Assembly (NCBI RefSeq): GCF_000619845.1
Contig: NZ_JHUX01000003.1
Location: 1,000,064-1,032,063, forward strand
Reading direction: 5' to 3'
DNA: 32,000 nucleotides
Origin: Alkanindiges illinoisensis DSM 15370
GTDB taxonomy: Bacteria > Pseudomonadota > Gammaproteobacteria > Pseudomonadales > Moraxellaceae
Shown: positions 1 through 11,057 of the stretch, in pieces
Position numbering within the stretch: the first letter of the stretch is position 1
Layout: the number at the start of each line of letters is the position of its first letter
The notes under the pieces: model-generated
Told to the model about the DNA's origin: nothing
What the model saw: only the letters and a program-made list of their open reading frames with translations
Databases searched by the model: none
Translations under genes and position numbers: made by a program

Positions 1-702
1 GAATGGTCTCAAGCTTTTTGGGATCAGTTATTGCCTGCAAAGAATCGGGTTAGCCAGCATCCATTGTTTCAGGATCTGGCGGCCGGACGGCTAAGCCTAG
101 CCTGTTTTAAACATGCACTGCTAAATTTCTACCCACTGGTTGCCCATTTTCCTTCATATATGGCAATGAGTCTGGCGAAGGCCACTGCATTTCAGCTGCC
201 TGGCGTTACTGAAGCACGTAACTGGCTTATCCAAAACATCAAGGTAGAAGAGCGACATTTGTACTGGTATCAGGACTGGGCTTTGGGTTTCGGTTTAACT
301 GTTGATGAGCTTGACCATGTCTGCCCACCAGCCGCCATGAATGCCGTGAATCATTATTTATGGAGCGTAGCCTATCGCGGAACTTTGGCAGAAACTATTG
401 CAGCAACCAATCTTGCCATTGAGTGGGCCACTGGCGACTGGACAATTCAGGTGTATAAAGGCATAGAAGCCTATGCTAAGCATCCTGAAATTCAGATGAG
501 CAGCAAAACAGTGGCATGGTTGCGCGCCCATGCGCACTATGATGATTTGCATCCTTATGAAGCCATGGAACTGATCAAGCGCCTGTGTAATCACGATGTT
601 ATGATGCAGCAAAAAGCACTACAGGCTGCCCAGCAGGGCTTAGCTTACTATGAACTGGCGCTAAATGAATGCTACAAAGTCCAGAAACTATCCAAGGCCT
701 AA
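1..702 (+). CDS. Heme-oxygenase-like fold protein of the TenA/PqqC/CADD superfamily (iron-containing redox enzyme family); 5' end cut by the window edge
   Basis: Frame 1 is open from nt 1: EWSQAFWDQLL precedes the TTG at 31 that the ORF track uses as start. Stop is TAA 700-702. Motifs VEERH, AIEW and HAHYDDLH (H-x3-D-x2-H), and the block FP.YM, resemble CADD-type proteins as I recall them. A hairpin terminator follows. Confidence 0.6.
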   Translation, partial: EWSQAFWDQLLPAKNRVSQHPLFQDLAAGRLSLACFKHALLNFYPLVAHFPSYMAMSLAKATAFQLPGVTEARNWLIQNIKVEERHLYWYQDWALGFGLTVDELDHVCPPAAMNAVNHYLWSVAYRGTLAETIAATNLAIEWATGDWTIQVYKGIEAYAKHPEIQMSSKTVAWLRAHAHYDDLHPYEAMELIKRLCNHDVMMQQKALQAAQQGLAYYELALNECYKVQKLSKA

Positions 703-743
703 ATTTAAGCCCTTCCGTTATTTAGATATTATATTTGACCAAT

Positions 744-775
744 AAAAAAGAGCCTGATTTGAGGCTCTTTTTTAT
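744..775. terminator. Bidirectional rho-independent terminator between the convergent CADD-like gene and grxD
   Basis: AAAAA-AGAGCCT (749-755), loop GATTTG, AGGCTCT (762-768), then TTTTTT. A-run on one side and T-run on the other. Confidence 0.8.
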
Positions 776-808
776 TGATTTATCTTTTATGGATTCATCA
801 TGCAACGC

Positions 809-1171
809 TTATTGCGCTTCTGGACTATTTTGTTCAATCAGAGGCTTAAGCTCACCTTTTTGGAACATTTCCAGCACGATGTCACTACCACCAATCAGCT
901 CACCACCGACCCACAGCTGTGGAAAAGTAGGCCAGTTGGCAATACGCGGTAGGGTTGCACGAATGTCCGGGTTTTCCAGAATATTAACGTAGGCAAAAGG
1001 ACGACCAATCTGGCTTAAAGCTTCAACTGCACGCGCCGAAAAGCCACACTGGGGAAACTGGGGAGTGCCTTTCATGTATAAAATCACAGGATGCTTGGCA
1101 ATTTGCTCACGAATCAATGTTTCGGTGCTGTTGTCAGCATGAGCTGGGTTAGGGTTGGCTGCGTCAGTCAT
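809..1171 (-). CDS. grxD: Grx4-family monothiol glutaredoxin
   Basis: CGFS active site (PQCGFSARA) and the WPTFPQLWVGGELIGGSD block. Start placed at ATG 1171 (MTDAANP) because AGAGG lies about 8 nt upstream. The 16 extra codons of track ORF 809-1219 have no RBS. Confidence 0.9.
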   Translation of the reverse strand: MTDAANPNPAHADNSTETLIREQIAKHPVILYMKGTPQFPQCGFSARAVEALSQIGRPFAYVNILENPDIRATLPRIANWPTFPQLWVGGELIGGSDIVLEMFQKGELKPLIEQNSPEAQ

Positions 1172-1362
1172 AAAACAAACCTCTTTAAATGTCGCGCTAT
1201 TATAGCGGTGATTCGCCATAACGGCTATTGGATTAAATTAGGCTTACACGCACTGATTTCAAGGCTGCTCTTTGGTTAAAATTCTGCAAAAGCGTCTCAC
1301 CTCGGATAAAAGTTTTGTTAAGATGCTTAACTCCTGTTTTGTCCCAACAAAGAGCGCTGACA

Positions 1363-2595
1363 ATGACCGTGCCCCCTAATTTTACTTCTGTAAAAAAACA
1401 AACCAATAATCAAACTAGCAGTTTAATGCCCACTTATGCACGTCAACCCATTGCTTTTGTCCGAGGTCAGGGCAGTTATCTATATACTGAAGATGGCACA
1501 GCCTATCTGGATGCCTTAACAGGAATTGCCGTGTGTGGGCTGGGTCATGCGCATCCTGTAGTGGCGCAGGCTATTAGTGAACAGGCCAGCTTACTGGTGC
1601 ATACCAGCAACCTGTTTGAAATTCCATGGCAGGAAGCTGCTGGCCAGCTCCTGACCCATGTCGCAGGCATGCAACAGGTATTTTTTAGCAATAGCGGTGC
1701 CGAAGCCAACGAAGCAGCGATTAAGCTGGCACGCATTAGTGGGCATAAAAAAGGCTTTAGCTCACCAAAAATTATTGTCATGGAAAAATCATTTCATGGC
1801 CGTACGCTGGCTACGTTGTCTGCGACTGGCAATGCCAAGGTACAGGCTGGCTTTGCCCCACTGGTCGAAGGCTTTTTGCGCGTTCCCTTTGGTGATGTTG
1901 ATGCGATCAAGCAACTGGCCAGTCAGCATGATGATATTGTGGCCATTCTTGTTGAACCGATTCAGGGCGAAGGTGGAATCAATACGGCGCCACAGGGTTT
2001 TGAGTACTTAAACCAGTTACGTGACCTGTGTGACCAGCATGACTGGCTATTAATGCTGGATGAAATCCAAACCGGCAATGGCCGTACCGGTAAATATTTT
2101 GCCTTTCAGCATACCAGCATTACACCTGACGTCCTCACGACTGCCAAGGGGTTGGGTAATGGCTTTCCGGTAGGTGCCTGTCTGGTGCAAGGCAAGGCTG
2201 TCAACCTGTTTGCTGCCGGTAATCATGGTTCAACCTATGGCGGAACGCCCCTAGCCTGCCGCACAGTCTATACGGTAATCGATTGTCTGCAAAAAGAAGG
2301 TGCTATTGAAAACGCTGCCAAAATGGGAGCTTATCTGGTTGAACAATTCCAGCAAAAACTGGCACAGTACCAGGTTAGCGTACGTGGTTTTGGCCTGATG
2401 ATTGGTATTGAGCTGCCAATTGCTTGTGGTGAACTGGTAGCCCTAGCGCGTGATGAAAAGCACCTGATTATTAATGTCACAGCTGACAAGGTTGTACGCC
2501 TGCTCCCTGCCCTGAATATTTCACAAGCGGATGCTGATGAAATTGTAAACCGACTGGTGCCACTCATCAGCAATTTCATTCAAAGCAAAGCTTAA
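1363..2595 (+). CDS. argD: Acetylornithine/succinylornithine aminotransferase (class-III PLP aminotransferase)
   Basis: LMPTYARQPIAFVRGQG N-terminal block, SNSGAEANE, LDEIQTG, and PLP-lysine context TTAKGLGNGFP. The track ORF starts at TTG 1315. ATG 1363 gives the usual ~20 aa lead before MPTYAR. Confidence 0.85.
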   Translation: MTVPPNFTSVKKQTNNQTSSLMPTYARQPIAFVRGQGSYLYTEDGTAYLDALTGIAVCGLGHAHPVVAQAISEQASLLVHTSNLFEIPWQEAAGQLLTHVAGMQQVFFSNSGAEANEAAIKLARISGHKKGFSSPKIIVMEKSFHGRTLATLSATGNAKVQAGFAPLVEGFLRVPFGDVDAIKQLASQHDDIVAILVEPIQGEGGINTAPQGFEYLNQLRDLCDQHDWLLMLDEIQTGNGRTGKYFAFQHTSITPDVLTTAKGLGNGFPVGACLVQGKAVNLFAAGNHGSTYGGTPLACRTVYTVIDCLQKEGAIENAAKMGAYLVEQFQQKLAQYQVSVRGFGLMIGIELPIACGELVALARDEKHLIINVTADKVVRLLPALNISQADADEIVNRLVPLISNFIQSKA

Positions 2596-2631
2596 AATCG
2601 CCTAAGCGACAGCTTTAAAACATAGCTGCAT

Positions 2632-2671
2632 AAAAAAACCGCCCGGTTTTCAATATTAAGGCGGTTTTTTT
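2632..2671. terminator. Bidirectional rho-independent terminator between convergent argD and the LysR gene
   Basis: A-run 2632-2638, stem ACCGCC 2638-2643 / GGCGGT 2660-2665, T-run 2665-2671. Confidence 0.75.
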
Positions 2672-2691
2672 ATAACAATAGAAATTAAATT

Positions 2692-3636
2692 TTAGCCGGT
2701 GATTTCATCGGTTAAACGACGTACCGAACGACCCCCTGGCAACTGGCTAAAATACTGTGACAGGGCATCCAGACAGCGATAAATCTTGGTAGGTTGCTGC
2801 TCACGTTTTAAGGTTACAGCATACAGAATATAATCCTGCATTTTCCACTGGGGCAAGACTTCAACCAAGTCACCCCGTGCCAGTTCCTTCTGGACATCCA
2901 GATATAAAATGCGCCCTATGCCATGCCCTGCCAAACACAGTGACTTGGTGACAAACACATTATTGTTATGAATTCGCGCAGGCATAAACACATGCTTTTG
3001 CTCACCAGTGGCTGCGTTAGTCAGGTAGATATCCTGCGGATTTTGCACCAGATCAATCGGCAAAAGCTCAAGCTGGGTTAAATCTTCAGGCGTTTGAATA
3101 GGCGCAAACTTTCTTAAATACGTGGGTGATGCACACAGGATCTGATCAACACGCGCCATTGGCCGGGCAATTAATGAAGAATCGGCCAGTGTGGGGCTCA
3201 TGCGAATGGCAATGTCAATACGCTCTTCAATCAGATCAATATAGCGATTATCCGCCTCGAAATGTACTTTAAGGCTAGGATGCGCCGATAACCAGCAAGA
3301 CAGTGCAGGCACCACATGCATTGCACCAAGCTCTGGTGTAGTAGCAATCCGCAAATCACCCACCAGATCATCACGCAATTCGCTAATACGAATGCGCCCG
3401 CGTTCAGCAGCAGCCACCATTTCCTGACAACTATGAAAAAATGCCTGACCCGCTTCTGTTAAACTCAATTTACGGGTAGAACGATGTAGTAGCAGTACAT
3501 CCATTTCTTCTTCCAGCGAACGAATCTGCTGGCTTACGGCACTGGTGGTTATTCCCAGCTCCCGGGCTGCACCACTAAAAGAGCCACGCTCTACCACGCA
3601 GGCAAATACCGCCATACTTCGTAAATTATCAAGCAT
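2692..3636 (-). CDS. LysR-family transcriptional regulator
   Basis: 314 aa. N-terminal wHTH (FSGAARELGITTSAVSQQIRSLEEEM) followed by a LysR substrate-binding domain. ATG at 3636. Confidence 0.9.
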   Translation of the reverse strand: MLDNLRSMAVFACVVERGSFSGAARELGITTSAVSQQIRSLEEEMDVLLLHRSTRKLSLTEAGQAFFHSCQEMVAAAERGRIRISELRDDLVGDLRIATTPELGAMHVVPALSCWLSAHPSLKVHFEADNRYIDLIEERIDIAIRMSPTLADSSLIARPMARVDQILCASPTYLRKFAPIQTPEDLTQLELLPIDLVQNPQDIYLTNAATGEQKHVFMPARIHNNNVFVTKSLCLAGHGIGRILYLDVQKELARGDLVEVLPQWKMQDYILYAVTLKREQQPTKIYRCLDALSQYFSQLPGGRSVRRLTDEITG

Positions 3637-3707
3637 TGTTTGCGCTCACCTCAAAAGGATGTTACTGATTTAATTATTTTATGGTTTTCGTTTAATTATC
3701 ATAAACC

Positions 3708-4604
3708 CTAACGGGCAGGCAGCAAGCTGGCTGGATTAATCGGTTTACCATTTAAACGAACCTGAAATTCTAGCATAGTTTGTGTTGTTCCACTGGAACC
3801 CATTTCGGCAATTTTCTGGCCTGCTTTCACACGGTCATTCTCCTTAACGATCATTTTACTGTTGTGCGCGTATGCGGTGACATAGCCATTGGTATGACGC
3901 ACCAACACCAGATTGCCATATTCTGTCAGCCGATCACTGGCATAAACCACCTCTCCATCAGCCGCAGCCCGTATAGGATCACCTGGGTTACCGCCGATAC
4001 GCACCCCTTTAATGTCGCGTGCCAGATCAAATTGCTGAAGCACCGGTCCACTTGCTGGCCATTGCCAGCTCAGACCGGAGGGCAATGTCGTTGGGGTATT
4101 GGGCAAAATAGGTGGTGGGGTTACTACCGGCGTATTTCGCACTGTGGTGGAAGGCTGTGGTGTGGTTCTTACAGGCTGCTGTGCCGGTAAGGTCGTGGTT
4201 TGAATTGCCACAGGTGCAGGCGTTGCAGAGGTTTTGACCTGAATGCGTGGTGCATCCTTACCACCGTTATGCAAGCGCAAGCTCTGGTTGGTATAAATGG
4301 TATAGCTGGAATCAATATTATTAATCCGGGCAATTTCACGGTAATCCAGATTATAACGTGATGCAATCTGGCTTAAGGTATCGCCTGCCTTAACCGTATA
4401 ATATTGAGGGATAACAATCAAGCGCGACTGGGTTGGGTTCACAACCGGTTTTGATGCACAGCCTGCCATTAGCAATACAACAGCACTGCATAGGATGGGT
4501 CTGTATTTAAAAGGGAACTTTCTGTGTTGATCGGTTGCTATCTCTGTCTGCTTTGGTGCGCAATTTTGCATGGAAAGCCCTGATAAATAGCTCAACCACT
4601 TCAT
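3708..4604 (-). CDS. nlpD: NlpD-like lipoprotein: LysM domain, Pro/Thr-rich linker and M23 (LytM) peptidase-like domain
   Basis: Lipobox LLMAGC; LysM block YTVKAGDTLSQIASRYN...IARINN; C-terminal M23 fold (GNLVLVRHTNGYVTAYAHNS...GSSGTT). The start could instead be ATG 4571 (MQNCAPK). Confidence 0.85.
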   Translation of the reverse strand: MKWLSYLSGLSMQNCAPKQTEIATDQHRKFPFKYRPILCSAVVLLMAGCASKPVVNPTQSRLIVIPQYYTVKAGDTLSQIASRYNLDYREIARINNIDSSYTIYTNQSLRLHNGGKDAPRIQVKTSATPAPVAIQTTTLPAQQPVRTTPQPSTTVRNTPVVTPPPILPNTPTTLPSGLSWQWPASGPVLQQFDLARDIKGVRIGGNPGDPIRAAADGEVVYASDRLTEYGNLVLVRHTNGYVTAYAHNSKMIVKENDRVKAGQKIAEMGSSGTTQTMLEFQVRLNGKPINPASLLPAR

Positions 4605-4893
4605 AAAATACCCCTGCCTGAATAACTTTATCTCACTTGGAAATTTGCGTTTGCTCAGCTAATTTTTTACAAACACCGTGAAAGCATAACAAGAAAAATA
4701 GTTTAGAAACGTTTTTTTCACGAACTGATAACGAAAACTCACACTATGCTTTAGAAAAAATCAATAATCACTCAACGCTAATAGTTTTAACGGATTGCTA
4801 TAAATTTTTCTTATGAAAAATCAACAAAAAGCTTCAGTAACTGTTGAGGAATTGGCTTTATGCTAGCGCTGCTTATAATCTGGAATTTTATAC

Positions 4894-5349
4894 ATGACTA
4901 GAACAAACCTGAATTTATTAAACCTTTCCTGGGTTAAAACAATGGCATTTGTAGTGCTGTGCACTGGCGGTATTACCTTTGCAAATGCAGCACCTGCCAG
5001 CAGTGCAGCAAGCCATACAGCCAGTAAAGGCGACAAGGTTGAGTTTAAAAGCTCATTACCTGTCACTCAGGAAGAAATTGCTGCAGTCGATGTTCTAGCG
5101 GAAATTTGCCCCAAGTTAATTGGCAACAATAAAAACTTTGATGCTGGTTATGAGCGACTGCTTAAAGACCTGATGCCGAATATTGATCAGCCCGTGCTGG
5201 CCCTAAAAGCGCTGGCAGACGATGCTGAGTATCAGGACAAGCTTAAGGAAGCACGTGAAGATGCCAATCGCGCCAGTGTGCAGGACAATCGTGAAGTTTG
5301 CCAAGATATCCTGAATTATCCAGCAAATAGCAAGAAAACTAAAAAATAA
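4894..5349 (+). CDS. Hypothetical secreted protein (small, helical, two Cys)
   Basis: 151 aa ORF with a signal-peptide-like N-terminus (MAFVVLCTGGITFANA/AP) and a charged helical remainder. Same strand as, and 80-100 nt upstream of, the PBP gene. Alternative start is ATG 4942. I recognise no family. Confidence 0.55.
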   Translation: MTRTNLNLLNLSWVKTMAFVVLCTGGITFANAAPASSAASHTASKGDKVEFKSSLPVTQEEIAAVDVLAEICPKLIGNNKNFDAGYERLLKDLMPNIDQPVLALKALADDAEYQDKLKEAREDANRASVQDNREVCQDILNYPANSKKTKK

Positions 5350-5447
5350 TTTTTTTGTATTGTCTGGGCAATCATGCTTGGTTGCTCAGGCTTCATGGCT
5401 TAGAATCTCCGGCTTATGTTTATTTTGCTAAAATGGAAATTCTAGCC

Positions 5448-6605
5448 ATGTCTAGCCTACGCGCCTTAGCTGTTGCTGCTGTGTTTACTGGTTTTACAAT
5501 TAATGCACATGCTGTGACAGCATTACCTCTTCCTCCTACCCTTGATAATAAAGCATACGTACTCGTAGACTATGACACAGGCCAGGTTTTGGCGGGTTCT
5601 AATGAAAATGCAGAGTTACCTCCTGCATCCATGACCAAAATGCTGACCAGTTTTATTATTGAAAAGCGCCTGATGTCTGGTCAGCTCAAAGAAACTGACA
5701 TGGTACGCATGAATGAATCAGCATGGTGTCGTGGCAGTAGTTCAGAATCCTGTATGTATGTGCCACTTAATGGTTCAGCAAGTGTAATTGACATGCTGCG
5801 CGGGATTATTATCCAGTCCGGTAATGATGCCTCCAAAGCGATGGCCGAGCATATTGCGGGCAATGAAGGCGCTTTTGCCGAGATGATGAATCAGGAAGCC
5901 AAGCATCTGGGCATGAATCATAGTCATTTCATGAACGCAACTGGCATGCCTATGGATGGCCATTATTCATCGGCACTGGACATGGCTATTCTGGCGCGTA
6001 ACATTATTAAGGATAGCGCCAAATATTATCCAATTTATTCTGAAAAAGAATTTACCTACAACGGAATCAAGCAAGGCAACCGTAATGCCCTGCTGTATAC
6101 CGATCCTAGCGTGGATGGTTTAAAAACTGGTCATACGGATGCAGCAGGTTACTGTCTGGTTGCTTCCAGTAAGCGTGGCCCGATGCGCCTGATTGCAGTG
6201 GTCATGGGTACACCAAGCATGGATGAACGTGCTAGCCAGACCCGTGCCATTTTAAACTGGGGCTTTAGCAACTTTGAAAATACCACGTTGCGTCCAGCAG
6301 GCCAGTCACTAGCCACCACACCCGTATGGTTTGGCCAAACAGACAAGGTATCTGTAGGTCTGGCAGAAAATATGGCGGTAACCCTGCCACGTGGTCAGGC
6401 CGCCAATATTAAAACCCAACTGGTCATTAATCCTGATTTGAAAGCCCCGATCCAGAAAGGTCAGGTTATTGGTAAAGTGGTTGCCAATCTTGATGGCAAA
6501 ATGCTGACTGAAAAACCATTGGTTGCTTTGGAAGCTGTAGAAGAGTCTGGCTTTTTTGCACGTATGATTGACCATATCAAGATTTTCTTTAGCAAGTTTT
6601 TTTAA
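5448..6605 (+). CDS. dacC: D-alanyl-D-alanine carboxypeptidase (class C low-molecular-weight PBP, PBP5/6 type)
   Basis: SxxK (ASMTKM), SGN (QSGNDAS) and KTG (LKTGHT) motifs. Signal peptide MSSLRALAVAAVFTGFTINAHA. The track start TTG 5355 adds 31 aa unlike any PBP leader. ATG 5433 is an alternative start. Confidence 0.9.
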   Translation: MSSLRALAVAAVFTGFTINAHAVTALPLPPTLDNKAYVLVDYDTGQVLAGSNENAELPPASMTKMLTSFIIEKRLMSGQLKETDMVRMNESAWCRGSSSESCMYVPLNGSASVIDMLRGIIIQSGNDASKAMAEHIAGNEGAFAEMMNQEAKHLGMNHSHFMNATGMPMDGHYSSALDMAILARNIIKDSAKYYPIYSEKEFTYNGIKQGNRNALLYTDPSVDGLKTGHTDAAGYCLVASSKRGPMRLIAVVMGTPSMDERASQTRAILNWGFSNFENTTLRPAGQSLATTPVWFGQTDKVSVGLAENMAVTLPRGQAANIKTQLVINPDLKAPIQKGQVIGKVVANLDGKMLTEKPLVALEAVEESGFFARMIDHIKIFFSKFF

Positions 6606-6629
6606 TTAAGCGTTGATACATTGCTGATG

Positions 6630-6661
6630 AAAGCCGGATTAAATGTCCGGCTTTTATTTTT
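6630..6661 (+). terminator. Rho-independent terminator of the PBP gene
   Basis: Stem AAAGCCGGA 6630-6638 / TCCGGCTTT 6646-6654, 7-nt loop, then TATTTTT. Confidence 0.85.
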
Positions 6662-6730
6662 CACCTTCATTGCCCAAAACTGGCAACTTTCGTATCATAC
6701 TCACTTTATTGTCTAAATGTGATTTCACCT

Positions 6731-7216
6731 ATGTCCTGGATGCCTCATGTGACGGTTGCCACCATTGTGCAGGATGAGCAACGTTTCCTGTTTGTGGAAG
6801 AACAAAGCCTATCAGTCAGCCATCTGGTGATTAACCAGCCTGCCGGTCATGTGGAAGCCAATGAAACCCTCATTGAAGCAGCTGTTCGCGAAACGCTGGA
6901 AGAAACTGGCTGGACAGTTGAAATTACAGGTTTGCTAGGTATTTATACCTATACGCCGCCAGCCGATCCGGATTGTACCTATTACCGTTTTTGCTTTCTG
7001 GCCAAAGCCTTATCCCATGATGCAACCCGTCCACTGGATACAGGTATTGAGCAGGCTACATGGATGACGCTGGAAGAGCTTGAGCAAACAGCCCGCGCAC
7101 GTAGTCCACTGGTGATTCGCTGTGTGCAGGATGCCTTGCAGGGCAAGCGTTATCCGCTGGATATTATTTTTGAACAACCTTTATTTAATCCTTCACCTGA
7201 CCTGTTAAATGCCTAA
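6731..7216 (+). CDS. NUDIX hydrolase (NudJ-like by position)
   Basis: NUDIX box GHVEANETLIEAAVRETLEETG. It lies immediately upstream of mnmA, as nudJ does in E. coli. The track uses GTG 6719; ATG 6731 or 6740 are equally possible starts. Confidence 0.85.
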   Translation: MSWMPHVTVATIVQDEQRFLFVEEQSLSVSHLVINQPAGHVEANETLIEAAVRETLEETGWTVEITGLLGIYTYTPPADPDCTYYRFCFLAKALSHDATRPLDTGIEQATWMTLEELEQTARARSPLVIRCVQDALQGKRYPLDIIFEQPLFNPSPDLLNA

Positions 7217-7318
7217 ACCAAAGTACTTCCTGCTGAATTAGCATTGATTAAATACAGGCTTTCGGCAGATGAGTACTTGATGGCAACAGCCAGTCTTAAA
7301 TTTTAAAAAGGTTTACTG

Positions 7319-8509
7319 ATGAGTAACTATGTAATTGTAGGCATGTCAGGCGGTGTGGATTCATCAGTGTCTGCTGCATTATTGCTGGAACAGGGCTATC
7401 AGGTTGAAGGCCTGTTCATGAAAAACTGGGAAGATGACGACGGCACTGAGTATTGTACTGCCATGCGTGATCTGGCCGATGCGCAAAGTGTTTGTGACCG
7501 TCTCGGTATTTCATTGCGTACTGCCAATTTTTCCATGGAATACTGGGATCGCGTGTTTGAGCATTTTTTAAAGGAATACTCGGCAGGCCGTACACCAAAC
7601 CCGGATATTTTATGCAATAAGGAAATCAAGTTTCGGGCTTTTCTGGATCATGCCTTAACGCTGGGTGCAGACTTTATTGCAACAGGTCATTATGCACGGC
7701 GTGGTGCTATCCAAACCAATAGCCTCGGTGAGCAATACGCACCACTATTACGCGGACTGGATCAAAACAAGGATCAAAGTTATTTTTTACATGCCGTGCA
7801 TGGGCGTGAAATTGCCAAGACCCTGTTTCCAGTGGGTGAACTTGAAAAGCCACAGGTTCGCCAAAAAGCTATTGAATTGGGCTTAAGCACCGCTAGCAAA
7901 AAAGACTCCACTGGTATTTGCTTTATTGGTGAACGCCGCTTTAAGGACTTTTTAAAACAATACCTGCCTGCCCAGCCGGGTGAGATTATTACTGATGCCG
8001 GTGAAGTGGTTGGCCGTCATGATGGATTGATGTATTACACACTGGGGCAACGTGGTGGCATTGGCATTGGCGGTTTGAAAAATCAGGCAGAAGGGGCATG
8101 GTTTGTGCTGGCCAAAGATATGCAGAATAACCAGCTGATTATTGGACAGGGGCATGAGCACCCCCTTATGCAGAGTAACATGCTTTGGAGTGAAAGCATT
8201 GACTGGGTTGCTGGTGTTGCCAATATTCCAACTCAAGGCCTGGCTTGTATAGCCAAAACGCGTTATCGCCAGCCCGATCAGCATTGCATGGTTTATCGGG
8301 ACGATAGTCTGCAACCCGGCGGTGTACGGGTTGAGTTTCATGAGCCACAGCGTGCAGTGACACCAGGACAATCTGTTGTTTTTTATCAGGATGACGTTTG
8401 TCTGGGTGGTGGAATTATTCACCATACCAATGCAGGCAAATTAACTTCAGACCAGCTGCCAATTGCAGCAATCAGTAATATGACAGATGACAGGCTACTT
8501 CATGGCTAA
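7319..8509 (+). CDS. mnmA: tRNA 2-thiouridine(34) synthase MnmA
   Basis: PP-loop [11 protein letters not shown], catalytic Cys contexts [12 protein letters not shown] and [10 protein letters not shown]-terminal VCLGGGII. About 30 residues follow that motif and overlap the hflD start. Confidence 0.95.
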   Translation: MSNYVIVGMSGGVDSSVSAALLLEQGYQVEGLFMKNWEDDDGTEYCTAMRDLADAQSVCDRLGISLRTANFSMEYWDRVFEHFLKEYSAGRTPNPDILCNKEIKFRAFLDHALTLGADFIATGHYARRGAIQTNSLGEQYAPLLRGLDQNKDQSYFLHAVHGREIAKTLFPVGELEKPQVRQKAIELGLSTASKKDSTGICFIGERRFKDFLKQYLPAQPGEIITDAGEVVGRHDGLMYYTLGQRGGIGIGGLKNQAEGAWFVLAKDMQNNQLIIGQGHEHPLMQSNMLWSESIDWVAGVANIPTQGLACIAKTRYRQPDQHCMVYRDDSLQPGGVRVEFHEPQRAVTPGQSVVFYQDDVCLGGGIIHHTNAGKLTSDQLPIAAISNMTDDRLLHG

Positions 8510-9287
8510 GCAGCATTTTACCACAGAGGTTCAACAGCATCTTGATGATGCCCTCACCAATTCAGGTATTACCGAACGGCAGAATCGTCTGTTGGCGCTG
8601 GTTGCCCTGTTTCAGGCAGCACAGCTCACCTACTCACTGGCAACACAGGGTAAGAACACCCTGACAGGGCTGTCAAACCAGAGCTTTAATGCCCTGCTAC
8701 AGGCCAGCCTCAAGATCCATGATCGGCAGCCGGACAGCCTGTTTAGCCTTGATCTGTATGGCAACATGGAAAACCTGAATATTGGCCTGCGCAGTCTGGA
8801 AGGGGCTTTAATCCAGCCTTACCAGAATACCCGTTCACGTTTGCCTTTACCGCGTCAGTATGGTGAAACATTCCGCTATGCGATGGCGCTCATGCAGCTT
8901 GAAAAAAAGGTCTACAAAAAGCCTGCTTTTGCCCAGCGCATTACTGGTGAACAGGCCAACATTGAACAGCGCCTGATTTTTTTTGATCATAATGTGCAGC
9001 ATCCGGCAATTTTAGCCAGCCTTGCCACTTTATATATTGATACCGCTGGCCAGCTAACGCCGCGTCTTTCAGTACGTGGTAAACCGGAATACCTGAAAAA
9101 CCAGCCCACAATTGATGCCATTCGGGCCTGTCTTTTTTCAGGTTTGCAAGCTGCACACTACTGGCGGCAACTGGGCGGTAATCGCTTTCAACTGGTGTTT
9201 GGCCGAAAAGCCATGCTGGAAGATTTGCGTCAGCTGGCCCGGATTCGCTACCAGGCAGCACCGGCATTTTATGAACCTAAGCCTTAG
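8502..9287 (+). CDS. hflD: High-frequency-of-lysogenization protein HflD homolog
   Basis: MAKQHF start resembles E. coli MAKNYY. Blocks [32 protein letters not shown] and [25 protein letters not shown] align by eye with E. coli HflD. ATG 8502 overlaps the mnmA stop (ATGGCTAA). The track start ATG 8487 is also possible. Confidence 0.8.
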   Translation: MAKQHFTTEVQQHLDDALTNSGITERQNRLLALVALFQAAQLTYSLATQGKNTLTGLSNQSFNALLQASLKIHDRQPDSLFSLDLYGNMENLNIGLRSLEGALIQPYQNTRSRLPLPRQYGETFRYAMALMQLEKKVYKKPAFAQRITGEQANIEQRLIFFDHNVQHPAILASLATLYIDTAGQLTPRLSVRGKPEYLKNQPTIDAIRACLFSGLQAAHYWRQLGGNRFQLVFGRKAMLEDLRQLARIRYQAAPAFYEPKP

Positions 9288-9421
9288 ATCTTCAATTGTT
9301 ATGAAATTTAGCGGTGTATTCATCTAGGTTTTGACATAAAATTCCCGGCAATTCCCAGCCTGGCTATTTTCTTGGTATTTTTGCGCCACCTTTACCTAGT
9401 CCTTAAATGTTTAGTTTTTAA

Positions 9422-10849
<1,428 letters not shown>

Positions 10850-10887
10850 GTCGTCATTTAGACTTTTTTTATAATGTATTGATGATT

Positions 10888-10916
10888 AAAAAGGGTGAAC
10901 TGGTTTTGCCCTTTTT
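10888..10916 (+). terminator. Possible weak terminator after purB
   Basis: AAAAAGGG 10888-10895 / CCCTTTTT 10909-10916 with a 13-nt loop. Only 3 G:C pairs, so the hairpin is weak. Confidence 0.4.
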
Positions 10917-11057
10917 ATACTTCTAGTCTTAAAAACTACACTAGGATATTAGCTTAGCTTTTCAATTTGACGACTCCTTATATTCTGTGAATTCTTAGTC
11001 AGCGCGCTTAAAATCTCCTTTACACAATAAACAACAATTATTCAGGATTATTCTTAT

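Noticed and set aside
1229-1242. ARG-box-like TGGATTAAATTAGG between grxD and argD
   Set aside because: Only about 8 of 14 positions match the TGAAT-w4-ATTCA core and there is no tandem second box.
4813-4866. 17-codon mini-ORF (MKNQQKASVTVEELALC) in the 290-bp nlpD / hypothetical-gene divergent region
   Set aside because: It has no RBS and no conservation argument is available. This is expected by chance in AT-rich intergenic DNA.
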